This document shows positions 38,170 through 47,315 of a stretch of 64,000 nt of DNA, piece after piece. The stretch lies in assembly GCA_963717505.1 (NCBI GenBank), contig OY970342.1, forward strand, positions 992,001 to 1,056,000. The letters run 5' to 3'. Under the pieces are notes generated by a model. It did not search any database and had not been told where the DNA came from. It was given only the letters and a program-made list of their open reading frames with translations. Made by a program: the position numbers and the translations under genes. The number at the start of each line of letters is the position of its first letter. Positions within the stretch are counted from its first letter, which is position 1. Source of the DNA: Candidatus Eiseniibacteriota bacterium (GTDB lineage Bacteria > Eisenbacteria > RBG-16-71-46).

Positions 38170-39042
38170 CTATGGATCTCGCACTATTTTCGAGAGGCAG
38201 TGTACGTCGGCGTATTCTCGACTGCCCTCTCGATAGCCGGTGACGAACAGAAGCTCGACGCCATTCATTAACGGCCCATCATCTACGCAGGCAGCATAGG
38301 GCCGATGAAGAATGACGCCCCCAATTCCCTCGCTGCTCGCTTCTCTCAACCAGTTCGTCAAATGCATACGCTCAAACGCGTCGAGCTCGCCCTGAACAAG
38401 ACCTCTGAGTACATCGAAATTGGCGACTCCGAGGATTCGATTGGGGGGCTCAAGTGCTCCGAGTGATAGCGCTATGACTCCATAACCAACGAGCGGCCCG
38501 AGTCGTTGCTGCGCCTTCTGTGCACCGTCTCTAAGAGCCTTCCGAATGCCCTTCCTTCTCGCAGGGCGTTTGCATTCAATGAAAAAGCTTACTCCTCCAG
38601 TCCGACAGACAACGTCGACTTGATCAATGTCCTCAATCTCTACTTCGCCACTCTTGACATAAGAGAGGACCTCAAGTTCGAAGGCTGTATTCCTGCTGCG
38701 ATTTGACGCCGAACCCAGGTTTTCCGACGCGACGAGCACGGGGCCGCCTAGGCAACGCCTCACCCGCTCCACAGGAGGATTCAGTCCTCGAAGACCCTTC
38801 CAGATACGGACGATCTGGGAGCACTCAACAAAGGCGGCGATCACCTCGTGCCTGTGAACAGAGGTCAGCTCGCTGAACCGCGTCGCCCCTTTCTTCCAAT
38901 CGGCGTCATATCGTCTGATGATCCTCTCGTATTCGGCAAACCGGTCATGCTTTCGATCGATCCCAAGGCCCTCGATCCACCTTAAGGCTTGTCGCAATTC
39001 GGACAGAACATGGTCGTGGCTTTGGTCAGAAACCTGAAACAT
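38170..39042 (-). CDS. Orphan AT-richer protein with PD-(D/E)XK-like motif
   Basis: 290-aa ORF with visibly atypical codon use; FELEV...DVVC...FIECKRP. Confidence 0.65.
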   Translation of the reverse strand: MFQVSDQSHDHVLSELRQALRWIEGLGIDRKHDRFAEYERIIRRYDADWKKGATRFSELTSVHRHEVIAAFVECSQIVRIWKGLRGLNPPVERVRRCLGGPVLVASENLGSASNRSRNTAFELEVLSYVKSGEVEIEDIDQVDVVCRTGGVSFFIECKRPARRKGIRKALRDGAQKAQQRLGPLVGYGVIALSLGALEPPNRILGVANFDVLRGLVQGELDAFERMHLTNWLREASSEGIGGVILHRPYAACVDDGPLMNGVELLFVTGYREGSREYADVHCLSKIVRDP

Positions 39043-39054
39043 CCGGAGGCGTCG

Positions 39055-39975
39055 CTAGAGAATCCGCTTGCCCAGCACGCTCTGCGCCAGCTCGGCCGCG
39101 AGCACGCCGGTCATGTTCTGCGAGTCGAGCACCGGATTCACTTCGACCAGATCGATCGCCAGGATGTTCGCGCGATCCGAGAGCATTTCCATCGCCAGGT
39201 GTGCTTCGCGATAGGTGATGCCACCCTGGACCGGCGTTCCGGTCCCGGGCGCATCCTCGGGATCGACCACGTCGAGATCGAACGACAGGTGAACACCCGC
39301 CGTACCGTCGCTCGCCAGGCGGATCGCCTCGTCGACCACGTCGCGCATGCCGCGCTCATCGAGGTCGCGCATCGTGTACACGGTGACGCCGGCCTTCTTG
39401 AGCGTCTCGCGCTCGCCCGCGTCCAGGTCGCGGACGCCGATGACCACGGTGTTGCGCGGCAGGACCTTCGGCGTCTTGCCACCTAGGTTCACCAGGTCGG
39501 GATCGCCGAGCCCGAGCGAGACCGCGAGCGCCATGCCGTGGATGTTGCCCGACGGCGTGGTTTCGGGCGTGTTGGCGTCGCCATGGGCGTCGAACCAGAT
39601 GACCCCGATGTTCTCGCCCTCGGCGGCGGCGTGCAGGCTGGTGCCGGCGATCGAGCCGATCGCAATGCTGTGGTCGCCGCCGAGCACCAGCGGCACGCGA
39701 TTCTTCCCCAGGCTCGCCTGGACCATCCTGCACAGGTCGTCGCACATCTTGAGGATCGACGCCTTGTACTTGAGCTTGCCCTCGCCGATTTTCGACGTTT
39801 CCGGAATGGTCACGTCGATGTCACCCAAGTCCTGGACCCGGTGGCCGAGGGACTCCAGGCGAGCCTCGAGGTCGGCGACGCGGATCGCGGAGGGACCCAT
39901 GTCGACGCCGCGGCGGCCTGCGCCGAGGTCGACCGGCACGCCAATCACGTCGATGCTGCGCTTCTTCATGGCCAT
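39055..39975 (-). CDS. rocF: Arginase
   Basis: GAGRRGVDMGPSAIR, GGDHSIAIG, DAHGDANTPETTPSGNIHGM, SFDLDVVDP, VEVNP. Confidence 0.95.
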   Translation of the reverse strand: MAMKKRSIDVIGVPVDLGAGRRGVDMGPSAIRVADLEARLESLGHRVQDLGDIDVTIPETSKIGEGKLKYKASILKMCDDLCRMVQASLGKNRVPLVLGGDHSIAIGSIAGTSLHAAAEGENIGVIWFDAHGDANTPETTPSGNIHGMALAVSLGLGDPDLVNLGGKTPKVLPRNTVVIGVRDLDAGERETLKKAGVTVYTMRDLDERGMRDVVDEAIRLASDGTAGVHLSFDLDVVDPEDAPGTGTPVQGGITYREAHLAMEMLSDRANILAIDLVEVNPVLDSQNMTGVLAAELAQSVLGKRIL

Positions 39976-40119
39976 GAGCCGCGCAGTCTATCAGCCGCGC
40001 CTCGGCGCCTGCCACCACGCTAACCGCGCCGGTGGCTACGTGTTCGCGTTCCGGTTGTCATTCGGGGGCGCGGTGGTCAAGGATGGCGGCGGTTCCGCCG
40101 AAAACTGCAGGGACCCCGC

Positions 40120-40806
40120 ATGACCACCCCTCCTTCGCAACCCCAGCGTTTCGCGCGTTCCCGCGCGACCCTGATCGCCCGCCTGCTGGTCGCGGCGGGC
40201 GCTCTGCTGCCGCTGGGCGCCCAGTCCGATCTGGCGCGCAACGCGAATCCGCCACCCGCACCGCGTCTGTCGGCCCCCGAGAACGCGCTGCTCGCGGAGG
40301 ATTTTTCGAGCGGACTCGGCGACTGGGCGACCGAACACAAAGACTACTGGCACGTGCGCGGCGGCATGCTGCGCGCCGACCTCCCGGATCGCAAACAACT
40401 CCACACGCTGATTCGCGCCGGTGACACCACGTGGCACGACTATGCGCTCGACTTCGACGTCTGCGGCATGCGCGGTGTCGACAAGGGAGCGATCATTCGC
40501 GTGGTCGGCGACGTCGGCCTCGGCGTCGACCTGCGCGGTCCCGGCTACAACGACATTCGCGTGCACCTGAGCGTGTCGCCACTCGGTCGAGTGGACGTAA
40601 TCAACGCGAACGGCACGTGGCACCACGTGCGCATGGAGATCCAGGATCGCCGCTGCCGAGTCCTGGTCGGGAACGAACTCCTGCTCGACCGCTTCGTTTC
40701 GAAGCGCCTGCCACCCGGCGGGGGCATTGCGCTCGCCGCCTATACCGGAGGCGTCGGGGAGTGCACGGTCTATTTCGACAACGTGGTAGTGACGCCACTC
40801 GAGTAG
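40120..40806 (+). CDS. Secreted DUF1080-like (concanavalin/lectin-fold) protein
   Basis: Signal peptide; EDFS, W.V..G.L, WHDYALDFD, WHHVRME, G.IAL, VYFDNVVV. Confidence 0.75.
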   Translation: MTTPPSQPQRFARSRATLIARLLVAAGALLPLGAQSDLARNANPPPAPRLSAPENALLAEDFSSGLGDWATEHKDYWHVRGGMLRADLPDRKQLHTLIRAGDTTWHDYALDFDVCGMRGVDKGAIIRVVGDVGLGVDLRGPGYNDIRVHLSVSPLGRVDVINANGTWHHVRMEIQDRRCRVLVGNELLLDRFVSKRLPPGGGIALAAYTGGVGECTVYFDNVVVTPLE

Positions 40807-40871
40807 ATGCGCGAAAGCCCGCACCCGTGCATCGGGTGCGAACTCTGCGCTGCGAGAACTGCTGAAACCGA

Positions 40872-41135
40872 CTACCAGGCCTTGCGCGCGAGCAGCGTGA
40901 GCCGCTTGCTGTCGGGGAGGACCGGTGCGCTCCGATCCAGTCGGATCACCCGGCCGTAGCCACCCGGCACGATCCGCCCCCCGCGACCGGAATCCTCGCG
41001 CTTCCGCGCCGATGCGGTCGTGACCATCGCGGCACTCAGCACCACGGCGAGCGCGAGAACCATCCCGACGTTGAGGTGCGACCTGCGGACCGCGGCAACA
41101 TTGATCCTGGCGTATTCAGAACGACGCGAATTCAT
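40872..41135 (-). CDS. Small secreted basic peptide (paralog A)
   Basis: GGAGG RBS; extended n-region plus hydrophobic signal ending TASA; 87 aa. Confidence 0.6.
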   Translation of the reverse strand: MNSRRSEYARINVAAVRRSHLNVGMVLALAVVLSAAMVTTASARKREDSGRGGRIVPGGYGRVIRLDRSAPVLPDSKRLTLLARKAW

Positions 41136-41172
41136 GATTGCGACCTCCACCGCCCGATTCCGGGCTCGAGGA

Positions 41173-41259
41173 GCGGCCGGTCGTGTCGTGGTTCGAGGGG
41201 CCGGACGCTCGTCTTTCGATCCCACGGCGGGACGTACCGGCGAGGTTCTCGAAGGTTGG
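41173..41259 (-). promoter_or_regulatory. Conserved upstream element, copy 1 (CCAACCTTC-N10-CCGGTACGT plus 26-nt box)
   Basis: Shared with 41731-41818: 9+9 nt identical with identical spacing, and a 23/26 match in the second box. Confidence 0.6.
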
Positions 41260-41348
41260 TGGGTTTCGCGCCAAGCCGCTGGAATAGCGCGAAGCCCTCG
41301 CGCCGCGAAGGCGCGAGGGCCAGGGATCGAACGGGGCAGTCCGGGTCG

Positions 41349-41693
41349 TTAGCGGGCGACCTTGCGCGCGAACGGCAGCACGAGCCGCCAGGTACGAACG
41401 TCGAGTCCGAACTTCCGACCGAGCCCAGCACCACCATCGTGGTCGACGCCAATCTTGCGCCGGAATCCGGCGCCCCCGTCGTGATCGATTCCGATCTGCC
41501 TGCCGCCCGGGCTCTGCACTGCCCAGTCTGCGACGACACCGCGGGCGCCACCGACTCGCTTGGCGGCCGAAGCCGGCGCGGTCAGCGCGACGCACAGCGC
41601 GGCGGTCATGGCCAGCATTCCCCACCCCAACACCAGCGACCTCTGAACTCTCGCCCGGATGCTCAGGGCCTGATTCCCACGGAGCGTGTTCAT
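41349..41693 (-). CDS. Small secreted peptide with 14-aa internal repeats (paralog B)
   Basis: Signal ending PASA; RQIGIDHDGGAGFR / RKIGVDHDGGAGLG / RKFGLD; differences between the repeat copies are largely synonymous. Confidence 0.7.
   Translation of the reverse strand: MNTLRGNQALSIRARVQRSLVLGWGMLAMTAALCVALTAPASAAKRVGGARGVVADWAVQSPGGRQIGIDHDGGAGFRRKIGVDHDGGAGLGRKFGLDVRTWRLVLPFARKVAR
41400..41501 (-). repeat. Degenerate 42-bp coding tandem repeat (about 2.4 copies)
   Basis: Encodes IGxDHDGGAG twice plus a partial third unit. Confidence 0.8.
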
Positions 41694-41730
41694 TGCGACC
41701 CCCATCCCCCCCCTCTCGGGGCTTCCGCGG

Positions 41731-41818
41731 GCGGCCGGTCAGGTCGTCGTTCGAGGCTCGACCGGCTGCTCGATCCTTTGCGACGCCTGAACGTACCGGG
41801 GACCGGGAAGAAGGTTGG
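41731..41818 (-). promoter_or_regulatory. Conserved upstream element, copy 2
   Basis: Plus strand ACGTACCGG (41791-41799)-N10-GAAGGTTGG (41810-41818) and GCGGCCGGTC..GTCGT.GTTCGAGG (41731-41756). Confidence 0.6.
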
Positions 41819-41894
41819 CGGCGGCTCACGGCTCTGGTGTTAGGCTCTGGGCGGTCGACGCCTGGAAAGCGTTGCCGACCCGGAGAATCGGCCT

Positions 41895-42125
41895 ATGTCG
41901 GATCGAACGATAGTCATGAGGGTCATTCCCGAACCCCCCTCCATGACGCGCACCATTCTGGTCCCTGACTTTCAGGGACCGGCGGTGGTCAGCGAGGGAC
42001 CGCTCGATTACATCTGCGGCACTTGCGCCCTGGTGTTGCTGAAGGGCGTCGCGGTCGGGATGGTCCAGAAAGTCGTCATCCGCTGCGGCGGCTGCGGCAC
42101 CTTCAACGAGATTCCTGAAGACTGA
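41895..42125 (+). CDS. Small zinc-ribbon protein
   Basis: CGTC...CGGC pair in 76 aa; GGAG upstream. Confidence 0.65.
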   Translation: MSDRTIVMRVIPEPPSMTRTILVPDFQGPAVVSEGPLDYICGTCALVLLKGVAVGMVQKVVIRCGGCGTFNEIPED

Positions 42126-42215
42126 CTCCTTATCAGGACGGTTCTCGATTTCACCTGTGCGCGAAACATCGCGGTGCCATCTACCGCAGCTTCGCGAATC
42201 GATGAGAGGCCGACA

Positions 42216-43808
42216 ATGCGCCGCATCGCAATCGTTGCCTGTGCCGCCTTACTCCTCGCGGGGTGCGGCAAGGACGACCCCACTCGTCCCGACACAGACG
42301 CGCCGGCCCTGATCGCGGACCTGACGCTGATCGCTGTCGAGGACTCGAGCGTCACACTCGTGTGGACCGCCCCCGGCGACGACGGCGATCGCGGCACTGC
42401 GGCGGCGTACGACCTGCGGTTCTCGGCCGATCCATCGACGCCGTTCGAGCTTCGAACGATGCTCGACGGAGCTCCTCGGCCCGCACCTCCAGGTACGCAA
42501 CAAGTCGCGATCCTCCATGGCCAGTCCTTCGCCGGCGACCTCTTCTTCCAGATGAAGACCGCCGACGAGAGTGGGAACTGGTCGGCTGTGTCGAACCAGG
42601 CGATGACGCGCGACCAGGTGCCGCCAGCCGCAGTGACCGACCTAGCGGCGACGACCACGGGGATGTTCGAAGTGCGAGTCTCCTGGACCTCGCCCGGGGA
42701 CGATGGGGCGGTCGGCAAGGCACAGAGTTGGGAGCTGAGATATACGACGGACCCGAGCCTCTTCGACACCGAGGCCGGCTGGGACGCCGCGACGGCCGTG
42801 TCGGGTCTACCGTCGCCCACATTCGCCGGCAACCACAACCAGGCGGACGTCGCCCTGACCATCAACACCACGTACTATCTAGCGCTGCGATCGATCGACG
42901 ACGCGGGCAACGAATCGAATCTCTCGAACGTCGTCCGTATCCGCACGGAAGAGCTGCCGGCTGCTCTGCTCGAGGAATGGCGGGACTCGCGGTTTCCACA
43001 GTACGCCGCATCCATCCAGCGGGATCGCTCGGGCGACGTCTACGTCGCGAGCATGGATCGCATCGTCCGGATGGATGCCGGTGGGAACGTCGTCTCGGTA
43101 CGGAACGGCATCGGTGGGCGCCTGGCGCTTGACCCGGACGGCAACCTTTACGCGCTGACTCTGTCGGTGATCTCCGGAGCGCGCTCGAGTCTCGTCCGTT
43201 ACTCGGAGGACGGCACGGAGCTGTTTCGCTGGAGGAGTCCGGACTCCGACTATCGCGACCTCGCGATTGACCCCTTCGGCGCGCTGTTTCTTCTGGATTC
43301 CGGCAACCGGGTCGAGGTGCTACGACCCGTCGCGGCGGCCACGAGCCCGCCTATTCTCGTGACCAGCTGGTCGATCACCAATCCAGGACTGGATAGCCCG
43401 CCCCCAACCGTCTTTGGAGGAATCGCGGCGACGAAAGACTTCGTGTACGTCATGGTTTCCTATCAAGAGACTCATGCTTTTCGAACCACGGCGCTGCAGA
43501 AGTACAGCAAGGGCGGCATGTTGATCGCGAATATTCCGCTGCAACGAACGACCAGCGGGTTCGCGACTCTACAGCTGTGCTCGAGCGACGATGAAAACAA
43601 CCTGTACGTGCTCGACAGCAGCAACGCCATGGTGAGGAAGCTCGACGCCGCCGGGTCGGTCCGGATGAGACTGTCGTCCCTGCCCGACGGGGCGGACGAC
43701 GTCGTGGCGGGCGAGGGAAGGATCTTCGTCCTGAGCCATCTCCTCTCGGGCGCCGGGTCGCTCGTGAAGGTGTACGGGTCGGCGTCGCTCGCCACGCGCG
43801 GACACTAG
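42216..43808 (+). CDS. Lipoprotein with two FN3 domains and a C-terminal NHL/beta-propeller-like region
   Basis: Lipobox LAG-C; two WT(A/S)PGDDG...LR...D..GN.S..SN repeats; GDVYV/GNLY/NNLYV blades. Confidence 0.8.
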   Translation: MRRIAIVACAALLLAGCGKDDPTRPDTDAPALIADLTLIAVEDSSVTLVWTAPGDDGDRGTAAAYDLRFSADPSTPFELRTMLDGAPRPAPPGTQQVAILHGQSFAGDLFFQMKTADESGNWSAVSNQAMTRDQVPPAAVTDLAATTTGMFEVRVSWTSPGDDGAVGKAQSWELRYTTDPSLFDTEAGWDAATAVSGLPSPTFAGNHNQADVALTINTTYYLALRSIDDAGNESNLSNVVRIRTEELPAALLEEWRDSRFPQYAASIQRDRSGDVYVASMDRIVRMDAGGNVVSVRNGIGGRLALDPDGNLYALTLSVISGARSSLVRYSEDGTELFRWRSPDSDYRDLAIDPFGALFLLDSGNRVEVLRPVAAATSPPILVTSWSITNPGLDSPPPTVFGGIAATKDFVYVMVSYQETHAFRTTALQKYSKGGMLIANIPLQRTTSGFATLQLCSSDDENNLYVLDSSNAMVRKLDAAGSVRMRLSSLPDGADDVVAGEGRIFVLSHLLSGAGSLVKVYGSASLATRGH

Positions 43809-43934
43809 GAGTGAAGCCCCCGGCGCTGGCGCGGATCCTCGGATGAAGGATAGGAACCTATTGACGGTCCAGCTTTCGCTTCATTCGTGAGCGGCCACGC
43901 TCATTCAGTGACAAGCCAGCATCGACACAGGCGG

Positions 43935-46311
43935 CTAAGCGCTCCGTCGCTCGCCCAGCAGCCTGAGCCCGTTCAGGATGACCACGACCGTGCTGCCCTC
44001 GTGCCCCGATACCGCCACCGGCAACTTGAGCGCGCCCAGCGGCGTCAGGTGGCCGAAGAACACCAGCAGCACGAGCACGAACATGACGCCGACCGCGATC
44101 ACCAGGTTCTGGGTGACGATCGCACGCGCCTTCCGGCTGAGCCGCACCGCGTAGGGCAGTGCCGTCAGGTCGTCGGCCATGAGCACGACGTCGGAGCTTT
44201 CCATGGCGGCGTCGGTGGCGATCCCGCCCATCGCGATCCCGACACTTGCGCGGGCCAGGGCCGGAGCGTCGTTGACGCCGTCGCCGACCATCGCCACCTT
44301 GCCGGCCTCCTGCTCCAGGCTGGCGATGACGTTCACCTTCTCCTCGGGGAGCAAGGCGCCGTGGTAGGCGTCGACCCCGGTTTGGCGCGCAATTGCGGCG
44401 ACCGTAGGCACGCTGTCGCCCGAGAGCACGACCACGCGGCGGATGCCGAGTCGCTTGAGTGTCGCGACCACGCCTGCGGCGGCCGGGCGCACCTGATCGG
44501 CGGCGCCGATCACGCCCCAGCGCGGGCCGCGGCGCACGATCATCGCGGTGCGCGCTTCATGACGCAGGCGCTCGAGCTCCGTGCGGGCGGCGTCCGGCAC
44601 CGCCACCCCCAGCTCGTCGAACAGCTCGGGTGTGCCGATCTCGACCGTGGTGCCGTCGACGTGTGCGACCAGCCCCTTCCCCGGATGGGATACGAGTTGC
44701 GACGCCGGTGTGAACGCGATGCCTCGCGTTTCGGCGGCGCGCACCACCGCCTGAGCCAGCGGATGCTGCGAGCGTTTCTCGGCCGATGCGGCCCAGGCCA
44801 GGATCTCCTCCTCGGACGTCCCGTCGATCGCGAGCACGTCGGTGACTTCGAACCGGCCGTAGGTCAGCGTGCCGGTCTTGTCGAAGCCCACCACTTTCAC
44901 GCGCCCGAGTGCTTCGATGAAGCGCCCACCCTTGAACAACACGCCGTGGCGTGCAGCATTCGCGATCGCTGAGAGGATGGTCGCCGGCGTGGCGATCACC
45001 AGCGCGCACGGCGAGGCGACCACCAGCAGCGTCATGGCTCGGTAGAACGACGAGGCGAACTCCTGGCCGAGCACGAACGGCGGGATGATCGCCATCAGCG
45101 CGGCACCGACCATGACCACCAGCGTGTAGTAGCGCCCGACCCACTCGGCGGCCTCCTCGGTCTGCGACTTCTGCTCCTGCGCCTCCTGGACCAGCGAGAC
45201 GATGCGCGCCAGCGTGGTATTGCCCGCGGTTCGCGTGGTGCGGACCTCGATGGATCCCTGCTGGTTGAGCGTGCCGGTGAACACCCGGTCTCCCGATGGA
45301 CTTGGCCACGGGCACCGACTCGCCGGTCAGGTGGCTCTGGTCGATGAGCGACGTGCCCGAGAGCACGATGCCGTCCACGGGTACGGCTTCTCCGGGCTTG
45401 ACGATCACGCGTTCGCCCGGCCGCACCGACTCGGCTTCGACCTCGATTTCGCGCCCGCCGCGCACCACCAACGCCTTCGCCGGCCGGAGCTTGAGCAGCG
45501 CCTGGAGTGCCCGCCGCGTACGCCCCATGGTGTAGACCTCGAGCGTGTTGCTGAGCGAGAACAGGAACATCAGCACCGCGGCCTCGAAGATGTAGCCGAT
45601 CCAGGCGGCGCCCAGGGCTGCGAGCAACATGAGCAGGTTGACGTCGAAGCGCAGCCGGCGCAGCGAGGCCACGGTCGAGCGCAGCGTGAAGAGTCCACCG
45701 GCGATCGCCGAGATCGCGAACGCGGCGTGGTGCCAGATCGGGGGAAGTGCGGTGCGCTCGAGCACCATCCCCAGGATCAGGAACCCGAGACAGGCGGCGG
45801 TGAGCAACGCCATGGCACGCCCCTTCGCGAAATGTTCTTGCTCGGCGGGCGTGAACTTGGCGCCCCACGGCTTGGTTTCGGCGAACGGCCGCGTCAGCTC
45901 GGCGCTGTCGGCCGGCACGTTGCGGCGCGTGACGCCGACCCGATCCTCGTGGACGATCGCCCGGATTTCGCCGCCCACCGAGTCCGGCACCCGACCCAGG
46001 CGTAGCGCGCACTCCTCACAGGAACCGAGCGTCTGGCGGCGTTCGCAATAGGTGACGCGTTGCGCGAACAGGGCGCCAACGTCGTCGGCCAGCTCGTTGA
46101 GCTGCTCGGTCGAGACGTGCGCCGGCTGGTAACGAACGGTGACCGTGTGCGCCTTGAAATCGGCCTCGATCCCGATCACGCCGGGGCTCATGCGCAGCCG
46201 GTCGGAGAGGATCTCGAGGCAGCCCTCGCCTTCGGGCACCGGCAGGTGGACCGGCTCCAGGGCCTCAGCGGTCGCCGACTCCGCGCGAGCAGGCTCGGTG
46301 GGTGGGTGCAT
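43935..46311 (-). CDS. Heavy-metal P1B-type ATPase (P1B-4 signature); apparent +1 frameshift at about 45293
   Basis: LTGES, SPC in the TM site, DKTGTLT, SQHP, GDGVNDAPAL, HEGST; the two ORFs join on removing one G from a GGG run. Confidence 0.88.
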
Positions 46312-46385
46312 GGTCGAGTGACCCTAGCACACGGGTCCGACAGGGAAGCGCCACGACCGCAGGAATGATCGGGGCGTGCCATGCG

Positions 46386-47304
46386 TCATGAATACATCTC
46401 GACCCTGCCCTTCCCGTTCGGGATCCGGCCGCTGTAGAGCCTGGCCACCAGCCATGGCTCCTTCCGCAGCAGCTCGACGATGGGCGCCGGCGCCAGCCCT
46501 TTCGAAGCGTTTCGGGCCTGGGCCGGCGTCTCCGGCCACTCGAAGGGCAGCTCGATGTAGCTGTCGGGCCCGGAGGCACTCGCGAGCAGCTCCAGCGTTG
46601 CGCGCAGCACGGCGCGCTGGCCGTCGGGATCGTGCGGCCTGCCGAGGGGCCGCCCGATCGGGTAGCCGATGCCCGCGAGCCGCGGCACGCCGACGGCGCG
46701 GGTCAGCTCGGGAATCCATCGAGAGCGTCACCGTCGAAATGCCGCTCGCTTCGAGGACTCGTTGTACCAGTCCCACGGACCGGCAGCAGAACGGTCAAGC
46801 GGGCACCAGCGCCGCCGCGTCGACCCGCTCGGCGCGCATGCGCTCCGCGATGGCCGGCGCTGTCTTCTCGACCAGATCCTTCGGCTCGAGGATGTAGCCC
46901 ATCACGGAGTAATGGGTGGGCGCGGCGCGGCCGACGACACCCTCGGCAGCGAGCTCGGCCAAGCGGCGCATCGGCAGCACCACGTCGAGGTCGGCTTCGC
47001 CGAACCGCGGGTCGATGTGCAGGTGGTACAGCTTGATGTCCTTCTCGGTCGTGCCGAGAGGAATGGTGCGGAAGCTGGGGTCGCCCCACCAGGGGTCACG
47101 CCTCTCGCCGTCCTGGTCGAAGGGCACGTCGTCATTTCGCGCCACCCCGGCGGTCGAGACGAGCGCCACGGTGCACTCGCGCAGCGGCTTCGCAAGCGGC
47201 GTGAAGGGGATCACGCCGGACTCCTGCCGTGCGGCCCAGGCCTTCATGATCTGCCGGGTCGCGAAGTCGAGGAAGCGGTACGAGTCGATCGCCATCGCGA
47301 GCAT
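46386..47304 (-). CDS. PrdB/GrdB-like (proline/glycine reductase component B family) selenoprotein; in-frame UGA at 46797-46795; apparent +1 frameshift at about 46716
   Basis: VALVSTAGV, GDPSFR, DLDVVLP..RL.EL..EG, VDAAALVPA-U-PFCCRSVGLVQR.LE..GI.TV, GVPR....YP.GRPLG; homology continues across the UGA. Confidence 0.82.
46765..46785 (-). promoter_or_regulatory. Candidate bacterial SECIS hairpin
   Basis: UGCCGGUCC-GUG-GGACUGGUA stem starts 9 nt after the UGA; G-containing loop 18 nt downstream. Confidence 0.6.
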
Positions 47305-47315
47305 TACCCTCTAGA

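Noticed and set aside
41173-41818. CRISPR array or IS ends in the repeated motifs
   Set aside because: Only two degenerate direct copies, each upstream of an ORF; no spacer periodicity, cas genes, transposase or terminal inverted repeats
43850-43903. Palindrome ATAGGAACCTAT and hairpin TGAGCG-GCCA-CGCTCA as a regulator site or terminator
   Set aside because: Lies between convergent gene ends, with a short stem and no clear U-tract; insufficient support
33884-46311. Pseudogene or programmed-frameshift calls for the PI-PLC fusion, alkA and the ATPase
   Set aside because: No in-frame stops after correction and no slippery heptamers; the clustered +1 indels fit sequencing error better
46324-47304. 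Three separate small genes (46795-47304, 46324-46776, 46386-46688)
   Set aside because: They are consecutive parts of one PrdB/GrdB-like protein joined by a Sec UGA and one indel
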